This document shows, one piece after another, positions 48,329-58,294 of a DNA stretch of 64,000 nt; the stretch's first letter is position 1, and each line of letters begins with the position of its first letter. The notes beneath the pieces are model-generated. The model worked only from the letters and a program-made list of their open reading frames with translations, did not search any database and was not told where the DNA came from. Source of the stretch: an uncultured bacterium (GTDB taxonomy: Bacteria; Bacillota; Clostridia; Christensenellales; UBA1242); assembly GCA_949474265.1 (NCBI GenBank), contig CASXBC010000002.1, positions 48,926 through 112,925 of the forward strand. Reading direction: 5' to 3'. The translations under genes were made by a program, and so were the position numbers.

Positions 48329-51300
48329 ATGAAAAAATTTACTAGTTTAGTACTTGGAGTTATTATGTGTGTCATGATGGGAGGACTTGTTCTTGTTGGC
48401 TGTAACAAAAATTATGATGACACAATTATTGGTGAAATTGAGCAGGAGCAAATCTCTATGCTTGTTTCTGCCACTCATGACAAAATTCAAATCGAGTTGA
48501 ATAGCAATGAAGAAGAGGTTGGAAATACAAATGTTAAAGTGATTGGTATGAAAGCATATCAATACTTTGAAGCAGACAAACTCAATGGTCTTTCAAAAGA
48601 GATTGTTGGTCAAGACCTTGTTGGTGGTGTTGAAATAGACACTTATTCTCTTGGCACAACTAAGAGCATAGAGTTTGACCGTTTTGGTGAAGACGGATAT
48701 GACAATCTCTACAACAAATATTATGTTGTTTATGGAGAAAGGGTTTTGAGAGGTCCTGTTTATGCAACAGAAATTGAGGACATGATTACTGAAGCTCCTT
48801 CTTTAGATATAAAGTCAAAAAAGGGTATGTTTACAGAAAACTCATATACGACAGGATTGGCTTATTATAATGATTTAAACTGCTCTTATGCTACATTAAA
48901 CTTTAGTATTAATACTTATCTTTACCCAAATGAGATAATTGAGGATGGAGAGATTATTGAATTGGCTCCACCTACAGACAGCAATGCAATAGCTTTTGTT
49001 TCAAATGGAAAGACCTATTATTTTAATAAGGCTTTGGTAAACGCTTTTGATAGATTGATTAGAGCTTATTATAATGCTGGCGCACATATAACAATGATAA
49101 TAACTATCAAAAATACAACAAACCAAGAGGAAGTTCCTCAAAGTTTGACATATTATCCTTGGTCATCTCAAGGGACAGCAATCATGGCAATCAACACTGC
49201 AAATGAGCTTGGTTTTGGATATTATATTGCTACAATGGAATTTTTGGCGAGCCGTTATACTCAAGCAGGTTTCCCAAATGGTTATATTGGAAACTTTGTA
49301 ATTGGCAATGAAATTGACTATGCAAAAGACTACAACAGAATTTCAGAAGAACAAGCAAGTCTTGATACTTATATGGAAGAATATTCTAGACTGCTTAGAC
49401 TCAGCAACCTTGCTGTTAAAAAATATGACAACAATATTACTGTTTGCTTGCCAATAACACAAGCATGGGCGGAGCCTGGATATACTTTGAGTGACAACAG
49501 CGTGGCTGCGTATGCACCATTAGTTATGGTTGAATGGCTCAATGCAAAAACGAAAATGGAAGGAGATTACAATTGGGGATTGGCTCCACATTGCTATACT
49601 TATGGACTTTTCTCGCCTCAAGTTTCTTTGATGGATACATTGACAAATGGTGGAAGAAAAGCTGGAATGACAGGCAAATATTTGACATCTTCAAAAGTGA
49701 CCTTCTCAAACTTGGAAATTTTAGATAAATATCTCCACTCAAAAAAAATGACAGTAAATGGAGCTCTTAGACCTGTTTATTTGACAGAATCTGGGGTAAA
49801 TTCTTATGACTTTGGAAACGAGAAAAATGCAGAAGAATATCAAGCAGCTTCTATTGCACAAGCTTACTATAAAATCAGTCAGTTGGAATCTATCGTTGCA
49901 TTTTCATATTATCGTCTTATTGACCACCCAAATGAACAGCCAAAATTTGGTTTGATTTACACAGATGGTCAACTTAAGCTTGCTTACGAAGTTTATAAAT
50001 ATATTGATACACAATACTCTGAGCGTGTCGCAAATAAATATATTTCTTATGTTGAATATGAAGATAATGATGGTGTAATGCATAACAAAAATGATATTAA
50101 AGCCTATACAGATGCACTTGATGTGTTTGGAACAGGCTATTTTGAAGAGTTTGATTGGAGTTTGGCAACAACAAACGATTGTGAAATAGTTTTGGAATGG
50201 GAAGATAAAATAGACCTTGGCAATATTAAGTTTGAGAGTAAAAACTTCTTGTATGATGGCACAGAGAAATCTGTTGAGGTAGTAAATGTTCCTGAAGGCG
50301 TTGAAGTTACTTACAGTGAAGAGCCTACTCAAACTGAAATTGGAAGCAAGACAATTCTTGCAACATTCACAAAGGATGGTGAAGTTGTTGGAAACAGAGA
50401 AGCTTCAATAACGGTTTCAAAACTCAGCACAAACAAAGTTATTTATGAGTTTGGTGAAAACATCTACGTTACAACCACACGAGAAGGTGAGACTCTGGCA
50501 AAAGATGCGTGGATTGGAATTTATAAAAAAGGTGCAGTGCCAGGAGAAGGAGAAGATGTTTCAACTTACTACTATTATTTCAATGAAAATGATGATAACT
50601 ACATCAGAACAATTTGTTTGCAAGACAACAAATTGAATGAAGTTCATGGTTTATTGACAGGCGAGTATGTTATTTACTATTTTGTTAATGGTGGCTATGA
50701 TTATCTTTATTCAATCGATATTGAGATTGTTTCTCAGGTAATGCTTACTGACAATGTTGACCTTTCTGATGTTAAGTTTGTAGATACAGAAGTTGTGTTT
50801 GACGGAACTTCTGCAAGTTTGACAATTTCAGGTACCCTCCCTGAAGGAGTTTCTGTAGAGTATGAAAACAACACAATAAATGAGTTGGGTTCAGTTCAAG
50901 CAATTGCTATTTTCAAGAAAGACGGAATTGAAATTGAAAGAAGATATGCTGTTTTGACAGCAGTTTTGGACCGTCTCCTTATCAATGGAGAGACAACTGA
51001 CAATAAAACATATTATTTCTATGAAGGCGAAGAAATCATAGTTACTGCAACAGCATCTGACAGTTCTCCATTGTCACAATGGTGGGTTGGCGTTTATGCA
51101 GAAGGTGATAAATATACCGGAACTAATGTTGCTTTTTCGCTTTATTGGTATTATGTTAAAGATGCCAACAGACCAAATGGCTCAGAAGTTAGTATTAAAA
51201 ATCTTACATTTAATGACCCTGATAGAGAGTATTTGAAAGACCTTCCTGCAGGGAAATATATCATTGCACTTTACAACACAAGCGGTTATTCTCTTGAAAC

Positions 51301-51340
51301 AGAAAAAACAATTGTTATACTTCCTGAAAAAACAGCTTAA
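48329..51340 (+). CDS. Large lipoprotein: clan GH-A-like TIM-barrel glycosidase domain plus repeated Ig-like modules
   Basis: Lipobox LVLVGC. Candidate acid/base VIGNEID and nucleophile VYLTESG. C-terminal alternating repeats (YDGT..PEGV..; W[IV]G[IV]Y modules). Confidence 0.75.
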   Translation: MKKFTSLVLGVIMCVMMGGLVLVGCNKNYDDTIIGEIEQEQISMLVSATHDKIQIELNSNEEEVGNTNVKVIGMKAYQYFEADKLNGLSKEIVGQDLVGGVEIDTYSLGTTKSIEFDRFGEDGYDNLYNKYYVVYGERVLRGPVYATEIEDMITEAPSLDIKSKKGMFTENSYTTGLAYYNDLNCSYATLNFSINTYLYPNEIIEDGEIIELAPPTDSNAIAFVSNGKTYYFNKALVNAFDRLIRAYYNAGAHITMIITIKNTTNQEEVPQSLTYYPWSSQGTAIMAINTANELGFGYYIATMEFLASRYTQAGFPNGYIGNFVIGNEIDYAKDYNRISEEQASLDTYMEEYSRLLRLSNLAVKKYDNNITVCLPITQAWAEPGYTLSDNSVAAYAPLVMVEWLNAKTKMEGDYNWGLAPHCYTYGLFSPQVSLMDTLTNGGRKAGMTGKYLTSSKVTFSNLEILDKYLHSKKMTVNGALRPVYLTESGVNSYDFGNEKNAEEYQAASIAQAYYKISQLESIVAFSYYRLIDHPNEQPKFGLIYTDGQLKLAYEVYKYIDTQYSERVANKYISYVEYEDNDGVMHNKNDIKAYTDALDVFGTGYFEEFDWSLATTNDCEIVLEWEDKIDLGNIKFESKNFLYDGTEKSVEVVNVPEGVEVTYSEEPTQTEIGSKTILATFTKDGEVVGNREASITVSKLSTNKVIYEFGENIYVTTTREGETLAKDAWIGIYKKGAVPGEGEDVSTYYYYFNENDDNYIRTICLQDNKLNEVHGLLTGEYVIYYFVNGGYDYLYSIDIEIVSQVMLTDNVDLSDVKFVDTEVVFDGTSASLTISGTLPEGVSVEYENNTINELGSVQAIAIFKKDGIEIERRYAVLTAVLDRLLINGETTDNKTYYFYEGEEIIVTATASDSSPLSQWWVGVYAEGDKYTGTNVAFSLYWYYVKDANRPNGSEVSIKNLTFNDPDREYLKDLPAGKYIIALYNTSGYSLETEKTIVILPEKTA

Positions 51341-51352
51341 TAGGAGTTTTTT

Positions 51353-52978
51353 ATGAGAAAAGGCTTAAAAATATTTTCATGCTTGCTTTTACTTTGTTTG
51401 GTTTTTCCATTCTTTTCAACTTTTGTTGGTTGTTCTAAATCAGACAAAAATTATGCACTTTCAACTAACAAAACTGAATATTTGACAGGTGAAGAGATTT
51501 ATGTTACTGCCAAAGGACATGGTGACTCTTGGGTTGGCGTTTACAGAGCCAAAGATAATTTAAATACTGTAGAGTCAATCAGATGGTACAATGTTGCAAA
51601 AAATGGTTTTATTTCAAATCAAAGTTATGGTTTACAACATTCGGCAACATATAATGCGAGCAGAGAGTTGTTTAGAAATTTTCCTGCTGGTGATTATAAA
51701 GCCGTTTTGTTTAAAGATAATACAAATAAAAATATTGCTAAGGTTGTTAATTTTAAAGTTAAAAATGTTAAAATTGGCAAACCATCTGCGCCAGCAAAAA
51801 TTGAGTACACTCTCAATAACAGTTCAGATGGCTTAGCTGATGGAAAGCTTACAATTTCCTTTGATAAAGCTTACACTGCTTCTGAAGCAATTTTGTATTG
51901 GGCAAATGATGAAGGGATTTTGACTGATTATGCAAGCCTTGCACCAATTAAAGTTGTCAACAATCCTACAGTGGTAGAAATGCCAAAAAATATGTTTATC
52001 CCTGCCGAAGCATCAAAAATAATTGCTTACAGCAAAAATAGTGTTGGTCTGAGTGAGGGATATGCCGAATTTGTTTTGCCAGAAGGCTGTCAATTTAAAC
52101 TTGAAGAAAGCCTGATTTCAGAGTTTCAAGTTGTGAGTGATGTACATATTACAGTTGCAAACACGCATCTTGCAAGTGCGGATGCAAAAGAGCTTCATGA
52201 CAAGCATTTTGTTGATATGCTTCATGATGTTGTTGAAAACAGTCCAAACAGTGATGGCGTTTTTGTAGTTGGGGATATTGCAAACTCAGGTCGTGATTAT
52301 GAATATAAGCACACTCAAGAGTTGATTTCTCAAGTTGCTGATGCTCCAGATATGTATTTCTCAATTGGAAACCATGATTTGTATGGAGACGAATCTTTTG
52401 AAACTCTTGTTTCAAATTATTATGAATTTGCAAATACAAACTCTGTTTATTTTGAAAGAGTGATAAATGGCTATCACCATGTCTTTCTTGGCAGTGAAAG
52501 CAAGTCAAATGGATTGTATGCTGATATGTCAGATGCTCAATTGCAATGGTTTGACAACTTAATGGCAAGCCTTACTGCCGAGCAAGCGAATAAGCCTGTG
52601 TTTGTTTATTTGCATCAATCTTTATATGACACAATTGCGGGAAGCTTTGAGGGACAAGGCTGGAATGGAATTGTTCAAGACTCAGCGTTTAGACAGATTG
52701 TTTCAAAGTATTCACAAATTGTTATGTTTAATGGACATAGCCATTGGGATTTGAATTCAATAGGAAATATGCACAGTGCTGGCGATGGACTTCCTTCTAT
52801 ATTCAATACTGCATCTGTTGCTTATCTTTGGGACAGTTTTTATATTCCAACAGGTGAGTATTTGTTGGGCTCACAGGGATATTATTTAAGAGTTTATCAA
52901 GACAAAGTTTTGGTGCTTGGAAGAGATTTTGCAAACAAAAAATGGCTTCCTAATGCATGCTATGTAATTGATTTTTAA
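51353..52978 (+). CDS. Lipoprotein with calcineurin-like metallophosphoesterase domain
   Basis: Lipobox TFVGC. SDVHIT, GDIANSG, GNHD, GHSHWD. N-terminal W[IV]G[IV]Y module shared with the upstream protein. Confidence 0.8.
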   Translation: MRKGLKIFSCLLLLCLVFPFFSTFVGCSKSDKNYALSTNKTEYLTGEEIYVTAKGHGDSWVGVYRAKDNLNTVESIRWYNVAKNGFISNQSYGLQHSATYNASRELFRNFPAGDYKAVLFKDNTNKNIAKVVNFKVKNVKIGKPSAPAKIEYTLNNSSDGLADGKLTISFDKAYTASEAILYWANDEGILTDYASLAPIKVVNNPTVVEMPKNMFIPAEASKIIAYSKNSVGLSEGYAEFVLPEGCQFKLEESLISEFQVVSDVHITVANTHLASADAKELHDKHFVDMLHDVVENSPNSDGVFVVGDIANSGRDYEYKHTQELISQVADAPDMYFSIGNHDLYGDESFETLVSNYYEFANTNSVYFERVINGYHHVFLGSESKSNGLYADMSDAQLQWFDNLMASLTAEQANKPVFVYLHQSLYDTIAGSFEGQGWNGIVQDSAFRQIVSKYSQIVMFNGHSHWDLNSIGNMHSAGDGLPSIFNTASVAYLWDSFYIPTGEYLLGSQGYYLRVYQDKVLVLGRDFANKKWLPNACYVIDF

Positions 52979-53077
52979 AAAAGAAAAAACATATTGAAAA
53001 AATTTATCTTTTTGACTTGGCATTAGACTTTGTTGGTGATGTTTAGTTATGCTGGTTTAAAAACTCAAGGAGTTTGT

Positions 53078-53623
53078 ATGAGAGTGATAAGCGGAAAAGC
53101 TCGTGGCACAAAATTGAAAGGTCCAAGCACTGAAGAAACTGTTCCTATTACTGATAGGGCAAAGGATGCTCTGTTTAATATAATTATGCCACAAATTTCC
53201 AATTGTAAATTTCTTGACCTCTTTGCAGGAACCGGAGGTGTTGGCATAGAGGCTCTTAGCCGAGGGGCGAGCAGTGCAACATTTATTGAGATATCAAAAC
53301 AAATTTATCGTGATTTGACATGGAATATTGAGCATACTCATTTTTCAAAACAAGCAGTGATTTTAAACTATGATGCTTTCAGATTTTTGCAAGAGGACAA
53401 GCATGTGTATGACATTATTTTTGTGGCACCACCGCAATGGAAAAACCTTTGCCAAGATGCAATGACATCACTTTGTAAAAACATTCATTTGCTTTCAGAA
53501 GATGGGGTTGTCATCACCCAACATGACCCAACGGAGATTGTTAAGGTGGACCCAAAAGTTTTGGTCGAGTGTGATAAAAGAATTTATGCAGGCGTTCAAT
53601 TTAATTTTTACAAAAAGAAATAG
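53078..53623 (+). CDS. rsmD: 16S rRNA (guanine966-N2)-methyltransferase RsmD family
   Basis: MRVISGKARGTKLKGP...TDRAKDALFNII, DLFAGTGGVGIEALSRGA. RBS AAGGAG before the ATG at 53078. Confidence 0.85.
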   Translation: MRVISGKARGTKLKGPSTEETVPITDRAKDALFNIIMPQISNCKFLDLFAGTGGVGIEALSRGASSATFIEISKQIYRDLTWNIEHTHFSKQAVILNYDAFRFLQEDKHVYDIIFVAPPQWKNLCQDAMTSLCKNIHLLSEDGVVITQHDPTEIVKVDPKVLVECDKRIYAGVQFNFYKKK

Positions 53624-53670
53624 TCAATTAATATTTTTATTAATTGGATAAAAAGTACGGAGGAAAAGAG

Positions 53671-54651
53671 ATGAGGGTACTACAAAAAGTTGAAAACTGC
53701 ATAAAGGATTTTTCTTTGCTGAAAAAGAGTGAGCCTGTGATGGTGGCATACTCAGGTGGAAAGGACTCTCTTATGCTCTGCAAGCTTTTGAATGATATTG
53801 GATATGATGTAAGAGCATTTATTATTGATATTGGTTATAATGCTGATTGGTCGCTTGCACTTGAAAATATCAAAGCTCTCGGAGGAAATATTCAGTGCGA
53901 AGTGATTGACAAAAGCTATGTCTCAAAAAACTTTCCGGAAATAGAAGAGGAAGTTGAAAACTATTTTAAAATTGTTCAGCAAGTATATTCTAAACAAGGT
54001 AGCATTTCTACAACAATTTGCACCCCTTGCTATAATGCAAAATATGTTATTTTGAAAGCCTTGGGCGAGAAACTTGGCATAAACAGAATTGCATTTGGAC
54101 ATCATGGAACAGATGCTGTCACATCACTTTTAAAAAGTTATTTTATGTTTGAGGACCGCTGGACTGTGGGACATGAAAAGTTTGAACTTAAGAATATTTA
54201 CAATTTGGTAGACAGCAAAGCAAAACTTTTTTCTGATAAAAAAGTTTTTGAGGAAAAAGTTAAACCGACTTTAGAAAAATTGCTCGAAGCTGAAAAAATT
54301 TCCACAAATGAAGCTCCTTTGGAGAGTAAAAAAGGAATAAATATTATCCGTCCATTTTTCTATTGTAGGGAAGAAGAAATAAAAAGAGAAATAGAAAACA
54401 TGAAGTTTGTGCCGGTTAAATCGGAGTGTTCTTATTTTTATAGAAAAAATTTGGTTGAAACTTCACGTGAATACATACAATTTCATCTTGTAAATAAGTT
54501 TATGAGTGATGATGTTTTTGAAAGTATGATAGGTTTAATCAAAATCTCACTTACAAAAGCGGGCTCGGTCAAGTTTGATGCAAGAAAAAACAGAAACAAA
54601 CTCTTGGGAGACACATACAAGAATGATGGAATTTGTGCAAAGAAACTTTAG
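53671..54651 (+). CDS. PP-loop ATP pyrophosphatase (TtcA/TilS-like)
   Basis: PP-loop VAYSGGKDSLML. CTPC pair. GHHGTDAVTS. Confidence 0.75.
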   Translation: MRVLQKVENCIKDFSLLKKSEPVMVAYSGGKDSLMLCKLLNDIGYDVRAFIIDIGYNADWSLALENIKALGGNIQCEVIDKSYVSKNFPEIEEEVENYFKIVQQVYSKQGSISTTICTPCYNAKYVILKALGEKLGINRIAFGHHGTDAVTSLLKSYFMFEDRWTVGHEKFELKNIYNLVDSKAKLFSDKKVFEEKVKPTLEKLLEAEKISTNEAPLESKKGINIIRPFFYCREEEIKREIENMKFVPVKSECSYFYRKNLVETSREYIQFHLVNKFMSDDVFESMIGLIKISLTKAGSVKFDARKNRNKLLGDTYKNDGICAKKL

Positions 54652-54660
54652 GAGGATGAT

Positions 54661-55062
54661 ATGAAAGATTTGATGAAAAGCAACATTTATGACTGTGAAG
54701 ACAAGATTGTTATTGTTGGCAGTTGTCTCAAGGCTGTGCAACCTAAAGCTTTTGAAGAACTTGAGAAAATGGGGCTTCCTATTTTTGATTTATGTTTGGA
54801 GCAAACACATATAAATATGGCAATAACCAAGGTGCTTGGTATGATAAGGGCAAAGAAAATTAAAAAGATTGTTTTTGCAACCGTTGACCGCTCCCCACAT
54901 TGCACTCAGGTGCATTATATTCAAGATGAAATCGCAAAACTTGGTTTTGATGTCAAGAGTGAAAATTATGTTGCTGTGGACAACAAATTGGTTTTTATCC
55001 CTACGGAGACAATTTCCTTATCAAAAAACCTTTCAGCACTCAGTGCTTTAAGAAAAAACTAA
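54661..55062 (+). CDS. Hypothetical 133-aa protein
   Basis: No recognised motif. Conserved-looking Cys residues (GSC, SPHC). 9-nt gap to the PP-loop gene. Confidence 0.55.
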   Translation: MKDLMKSNIYDCEDKIVIVGSCLKAVQPKAFEELEKMGLPIFDLCLEQTHINMAITKVLGMIRAKKIKKIVFATVDRSPHCTQVHYIQDEIAKLGFDVKSENYVAVDNKLVFIPTETISLSKNLSALSALRKN

Positions 55063-55077
55063 ATCATAGAGGAAAAA

Positions 55078-55632
55078 ATGGTTGATTTCAACAAATATAA
55101 TTTAAAAACACCAAAAGATTTGATGAATTATTTTCAAACAAATATGAAATACGGTTTTACTTACCGTAAAAAAGTTTTTACAGATATGCAACAGGATTTT
55201 CAAAAAAATATGGATAGGTTTTATAAGTTGCGTGTTGGAGATGATTTTTTGAAAAGTGGATATGGTGTGTGTTGGGATTTTTGTGAGCTTGAAAGAGAAT
55301 TTTTCTTAAGCAAAAGTATTGAACATGAGTGCTTTTTTATTGAGAGTTTTGTAAACAGGCAGGAGGGTGGACCAACTCACACTTTTGCTCTTTTTCAGGA
55401 GAATGGAAAGTGGTTTTGGTTTGAATATGCTTGGGCTTTTTATCGAGGTATCTGGCAATACTCTTCAAAGCAGGAGGCTTTGAAAGATGTTGTCGAAAAA
55501 TTTAAAGAGTTTTATGATAGAAAACTTTTTGATGTTGGAGTTTACAAAACAAAAAGAATTTGTAAAAGGCTCGACACTTTTGAATTTGTTGAAAGGTGCA
55601 TAAACTGTGAGCAAATATGTATGAGATTGTAG
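55078..55632 (+). CDS. Transglutaminase-like/papain-fold putative cysteine peptidase
   Basis: 184 aa. GYGVCWDFCE (Cys) and a downstream THTFALF (His). Confidence 0.5.
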   Translation: MVDFNKYNLKTPKDLMNYFQTNMKYGFTYRKKVFTDMQQDFQKNMDRFYKLRVGDDFLKSGYGVCWDFCELEREFFLSKSIEHECFFIESFVNRQEGGPTHTFALFQENGKWFWFEYAWAFYRGIWQYSSKQEALKDVVEKFKEFYDRKLFDVGVYKTKRICKRLDTFEFVERCINCEQICMRL

Positions 55633-55640
55633 GAGAATTA

Positions 55641-56456
55641 ATGAAAGAACTTATTATCACAAACAGAAAAGGCTTGAAAATGGCACTGCGTGTGACAACA
55701 AACCCAAATGCAGATAAGTTGGTGTTTTTGGAGCATGGACTTGGTGCAAGAAAAGAATATCCACACATGCTTGTTTTGGAAGAAGAGTTTTCAAAACATG
55801 GCTATAATGTTGTCAATATTGATGCGACAGATTCACTTAATGCCAGCGATAGTTCAAGGGGGGGGGTAACCTTCAGTGGATTTTATCAAGATTTGGAAGA
55901 TGTAATTGCATGGGCTAAGGAGCAAAGTTTTTACAGAGAACCTTTTGCTTTGGCAGGGCAATCCTTGGGAGCAGAAGCGGTAGTATTTTACGCAAGTCAA
56001 AATCCTGAAAAGGTGGAGTTTTTGGTGCCTTGTTCTTTCCCTTGGATTGATGGCAAGCTTGAGTTTCAAAACAACAAGAGGACAAAAGACATTCTTGAAA
56101 AAGGATATTTTGACCAAATTTCAAAAAGTACAGGTAGAGTGCTTAGAATCAATAGAAATTATTTGGATGATTTGCTTTCGTATGATTTAACAACACAGGT
56201 TGGAAAAATTGTTGCGGAGACACACTTGATTGTTGGATTGAAAGACAGCGAGTATCACATTGAAAACAATAAAAAACTGTTTCAACTTTTAAATTGCAAA
56301 AAATCCTTGCAGATGCTTGATGGAGTTCCGCATGATTTGGCAAACACTACTGAAGATAAAGAAAAGTTTTTAAAAGCACTTGAAAAAGTTTTGATTAGTC
56401 ATAATAAAAATTATGGAGATTGTTATGGATTTAACAAAAGAATTGATAAACCTTGA
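55641..56456 (+). CDS. Alpha/beta hydrolase
   Basis: Nucleophile elbow GQSLGA, HGLGARKE, C-terminal GVPHD. Contains a G8 run at 55858-55865. Confidence 0.8.
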   Translation: MKELIITNRKGLKMALRVTTNPNADKLVFLEHGLGARKEYPHMLVLEEEFSKHGYNVVNIDATDSLNASDSSRGGVTFSGFYQDLEDVIAWAKEQSFYREPFALAGQSLGAEAVVFYASQNPEKVEFLVPCSFPWIDGKLEFQNNKRTKDILEKGYFDQISKSTGRVLRINRNYLDDLLSYDLTTQVGKIVAETHLIVGLKDSEYHIENNKKLFQLLNCKKSLQMLDGVPHDLANTTEDKEKFLKALEKVLISHNKNYGDCYGFNKRIDKP

Positions 56457-57066
56457 AATTTATGAAAGGAGTGGTCTTTTTAAATATATTTCTTCTTATG
56501 AAATGCAAAGATATTCAATGACCGTTGAAATTGATATTACACCAATTTTTAAATATTGTAAGAAATATGGAAATTTTAATGCTTGCATGGTTTACGCTTT
56601 TGTGAATGCCTGCAATAATGTTGAAGAGTTTAGAATGCGAATAGAGAATGGAAAACTTTATAAACATAAATTTGCGCATGCTGGGGTGTGTTTTTCTACG
56701 CAAAATAAGCAATTTAGGCAGGGAGTAATAAATATTGACCAGATGCTTGATAATTTTATTGAAGATTATCAAAAACTTAAAGAGGAGTGTTGGCAGACAG
56801 GAAAAATAATTCAGAATGGTTTTGGTCAAGGTATAATAGAAACCTCTTGTGTCAAATGGTATAATTTTATTGGGTTGTGCGAAATTGCTAAATCTAGAGA
56901 TGATAGTATCCCAAGTTTGACATGGGATAAGGTTTATAAAGATGGCTTTAAGAGAAAAGTGCATCTTGCAATAACTATGAATCACTCTATTGTGGATGGT
57001 TATCATATTGGACTTTTGATAGAGGCAATAAAAAAAGAAGTTGAAAAATTTAAGTCAAAAAGATGA
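56425..57066 (+). CDS. Chloramphenicol acetyltransferase (CAT type A)-family acetyltransferase
   Basis: About 213 aa. C-terminal catalytic motif MNHSIVDGYHIG (compare HHAVCDGFH). Confidence 0.7.
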   Translation: MDLTKELINLEIYERSGLFKYISSYEMQRYSMTVEIDITPIFKYCKKYGNFNACMVYAFVNACNNVEEFRMRIENGKLYKHKFAHAGVCFSTQNKQFRQGVINIDQMLDNFIEDYQKLKEECWQTGKIIQNGFGQGIIETSCVKWYNFIGLCEIAKSRDDSIPSLTWDKVYKDGFKRKVHLAITMNHSIVDGYHIGLLIEAIKKEVEKFKSKR

Positions 57067-57173
57067 GTAGCAAAAAAAATTTTGGTAAGGATTGACATTC
57101 AATTGCCAATCTTTTTTCTTTAAATACAAGCAAATGACACAAAAGTGTGCTATAATATTTGCAGGAGATTTAT

Positions 57174-57914
57174 ATGGCGAGATATATGTGGAGCCCATGG
57201 CACGGATGTCATAGATGTAGTCCAGGTTGCAAAAATTGCTATGTTTTTTATCTCGATAAAATCAGAGACAAAGATGCTAATATTGTTTCTAAGACAAAAA
57301 CCAATTTCAATTTGCCTCTTAAAAAAGATAGGCAAGGCAATTTTAAAATACCGTCTGGTGCAAGTGTCGCCACTTGTTTTACGTCTGATTTCTTTTTGGA
57401 GGAAGCGGATGCTTGGAGGGATGAGGCTTGGCAGATAATAAAAAAGAGAAATGATGTTTATTTTCTTATTTGCACCAAGCGTCCTGAAAGAATTATGCAA
57501 TGCTTGCCATTGGATTGGGGTGCGGGCTATGAAAATGTCATACTCACTGTCACATGTGAAAATCAGCAAATGGCTGACAAGAGAATGCCAATATTTCTTA
57601 CTATTCCAGCAAAAAGAAAATTTGTTTTTGTTGCACCTATACTAGAAAATGTCAACTTAGACAGTTTTTTGGAAAGTGGTCAAATTGATGAAGTTTCTGT
57701 TGGTGGAGAATCTTATGATTTTGCAAGAGAGTGCAATTTTGATTGGGTGAAAAACATTTATGCTTCTTGCAAAAAATATAATGTAGATTTTGATTTTCAT
57801 CAGACGGGTTCGAATTTTGTTTTCAATGGAAAGCGATTTAAAATAAAGCATCATGATGAGTATTCTCAGGCAAAAAAAGCTATGGAGTATTTAAAAAGTA
57901 GCGAAAAAGATTGA
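57174..57914 (+). CDS. DUF5131 (phage Gp37/Gp68-like) protein
   Basis: N-terminus MARYMWSPWHGCHRCSPGCKNCY is typical of the family. Confidence 0.7.
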   Translation: MARYMWSPWHGCHRCSPGCKNCYVFYLDKIRDKDANIVSKTKTNFNLPLKKDRQGNFKIPSGASVATCFTSDFFLEEADAWRDEAWQIIKKRNDVYFLICTKRPERIMQCLPLDWGAGYENVILTVTCENQQMADKRMPIFLTIPAKRKFVFVAPILENVNLDSFLESGQIDEVSVGGESYDFARECNFDWVKNIYASCKKYNVDFDFHQTGSNFVFNGKRFKIKHHDEYSQAKKAMEYLKSSEKD

Positions 57915-57974
57915 AATTGGTCAAGCCTTTAAGGTTTGATAACAATGAATTTTATGTTAGCGTAAGGAGGAGTT

Positions 57975-58280
57975 ATGGCAACAACAAAAGAATTTAGGGA
58001 TTTTGTGGTTCAGAGTTTAAGTTGTTTGGAAGAAATAACTTGTAGGTCTATGATGGGAGAATATTTGCTTTATTATAAAGGCTTGCTTTTTGGAGGCATT
58101 TATGACGGTAGATTGTTAGTCAAAATCACAGACACAAACAAAGCTTTTGGGATGAGTGAAGAAATCCCTTACAAAGGTGCAAAACCTATGTTTTATTTTG
58201 TTGAACTTGAAAACCAAAAATTACTTAAAGAGGTTGTGCTTGCAACCTGTGATGGTTTGAGACAAAGTGTGAAAAAGTGA
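57975..58280 (+). CDS. TfoX N-terminal domain protein
   Basis: 101 aa. MMGEYLLYYKGLLFGGIYDGRLLVK. Confidence 0.7.
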   Translation: MATTKEFRDFVVQSLSCLEEITCRSMMGEYLLYYKGLLFGGIYDGRLLVKITDTNKAFGMSEEIPYKGAKPMFYFVELENQKLLKEVVLATCDGLRQSVKK

Positions 58281-58294
58281 TTTTGGAGAGGAAT

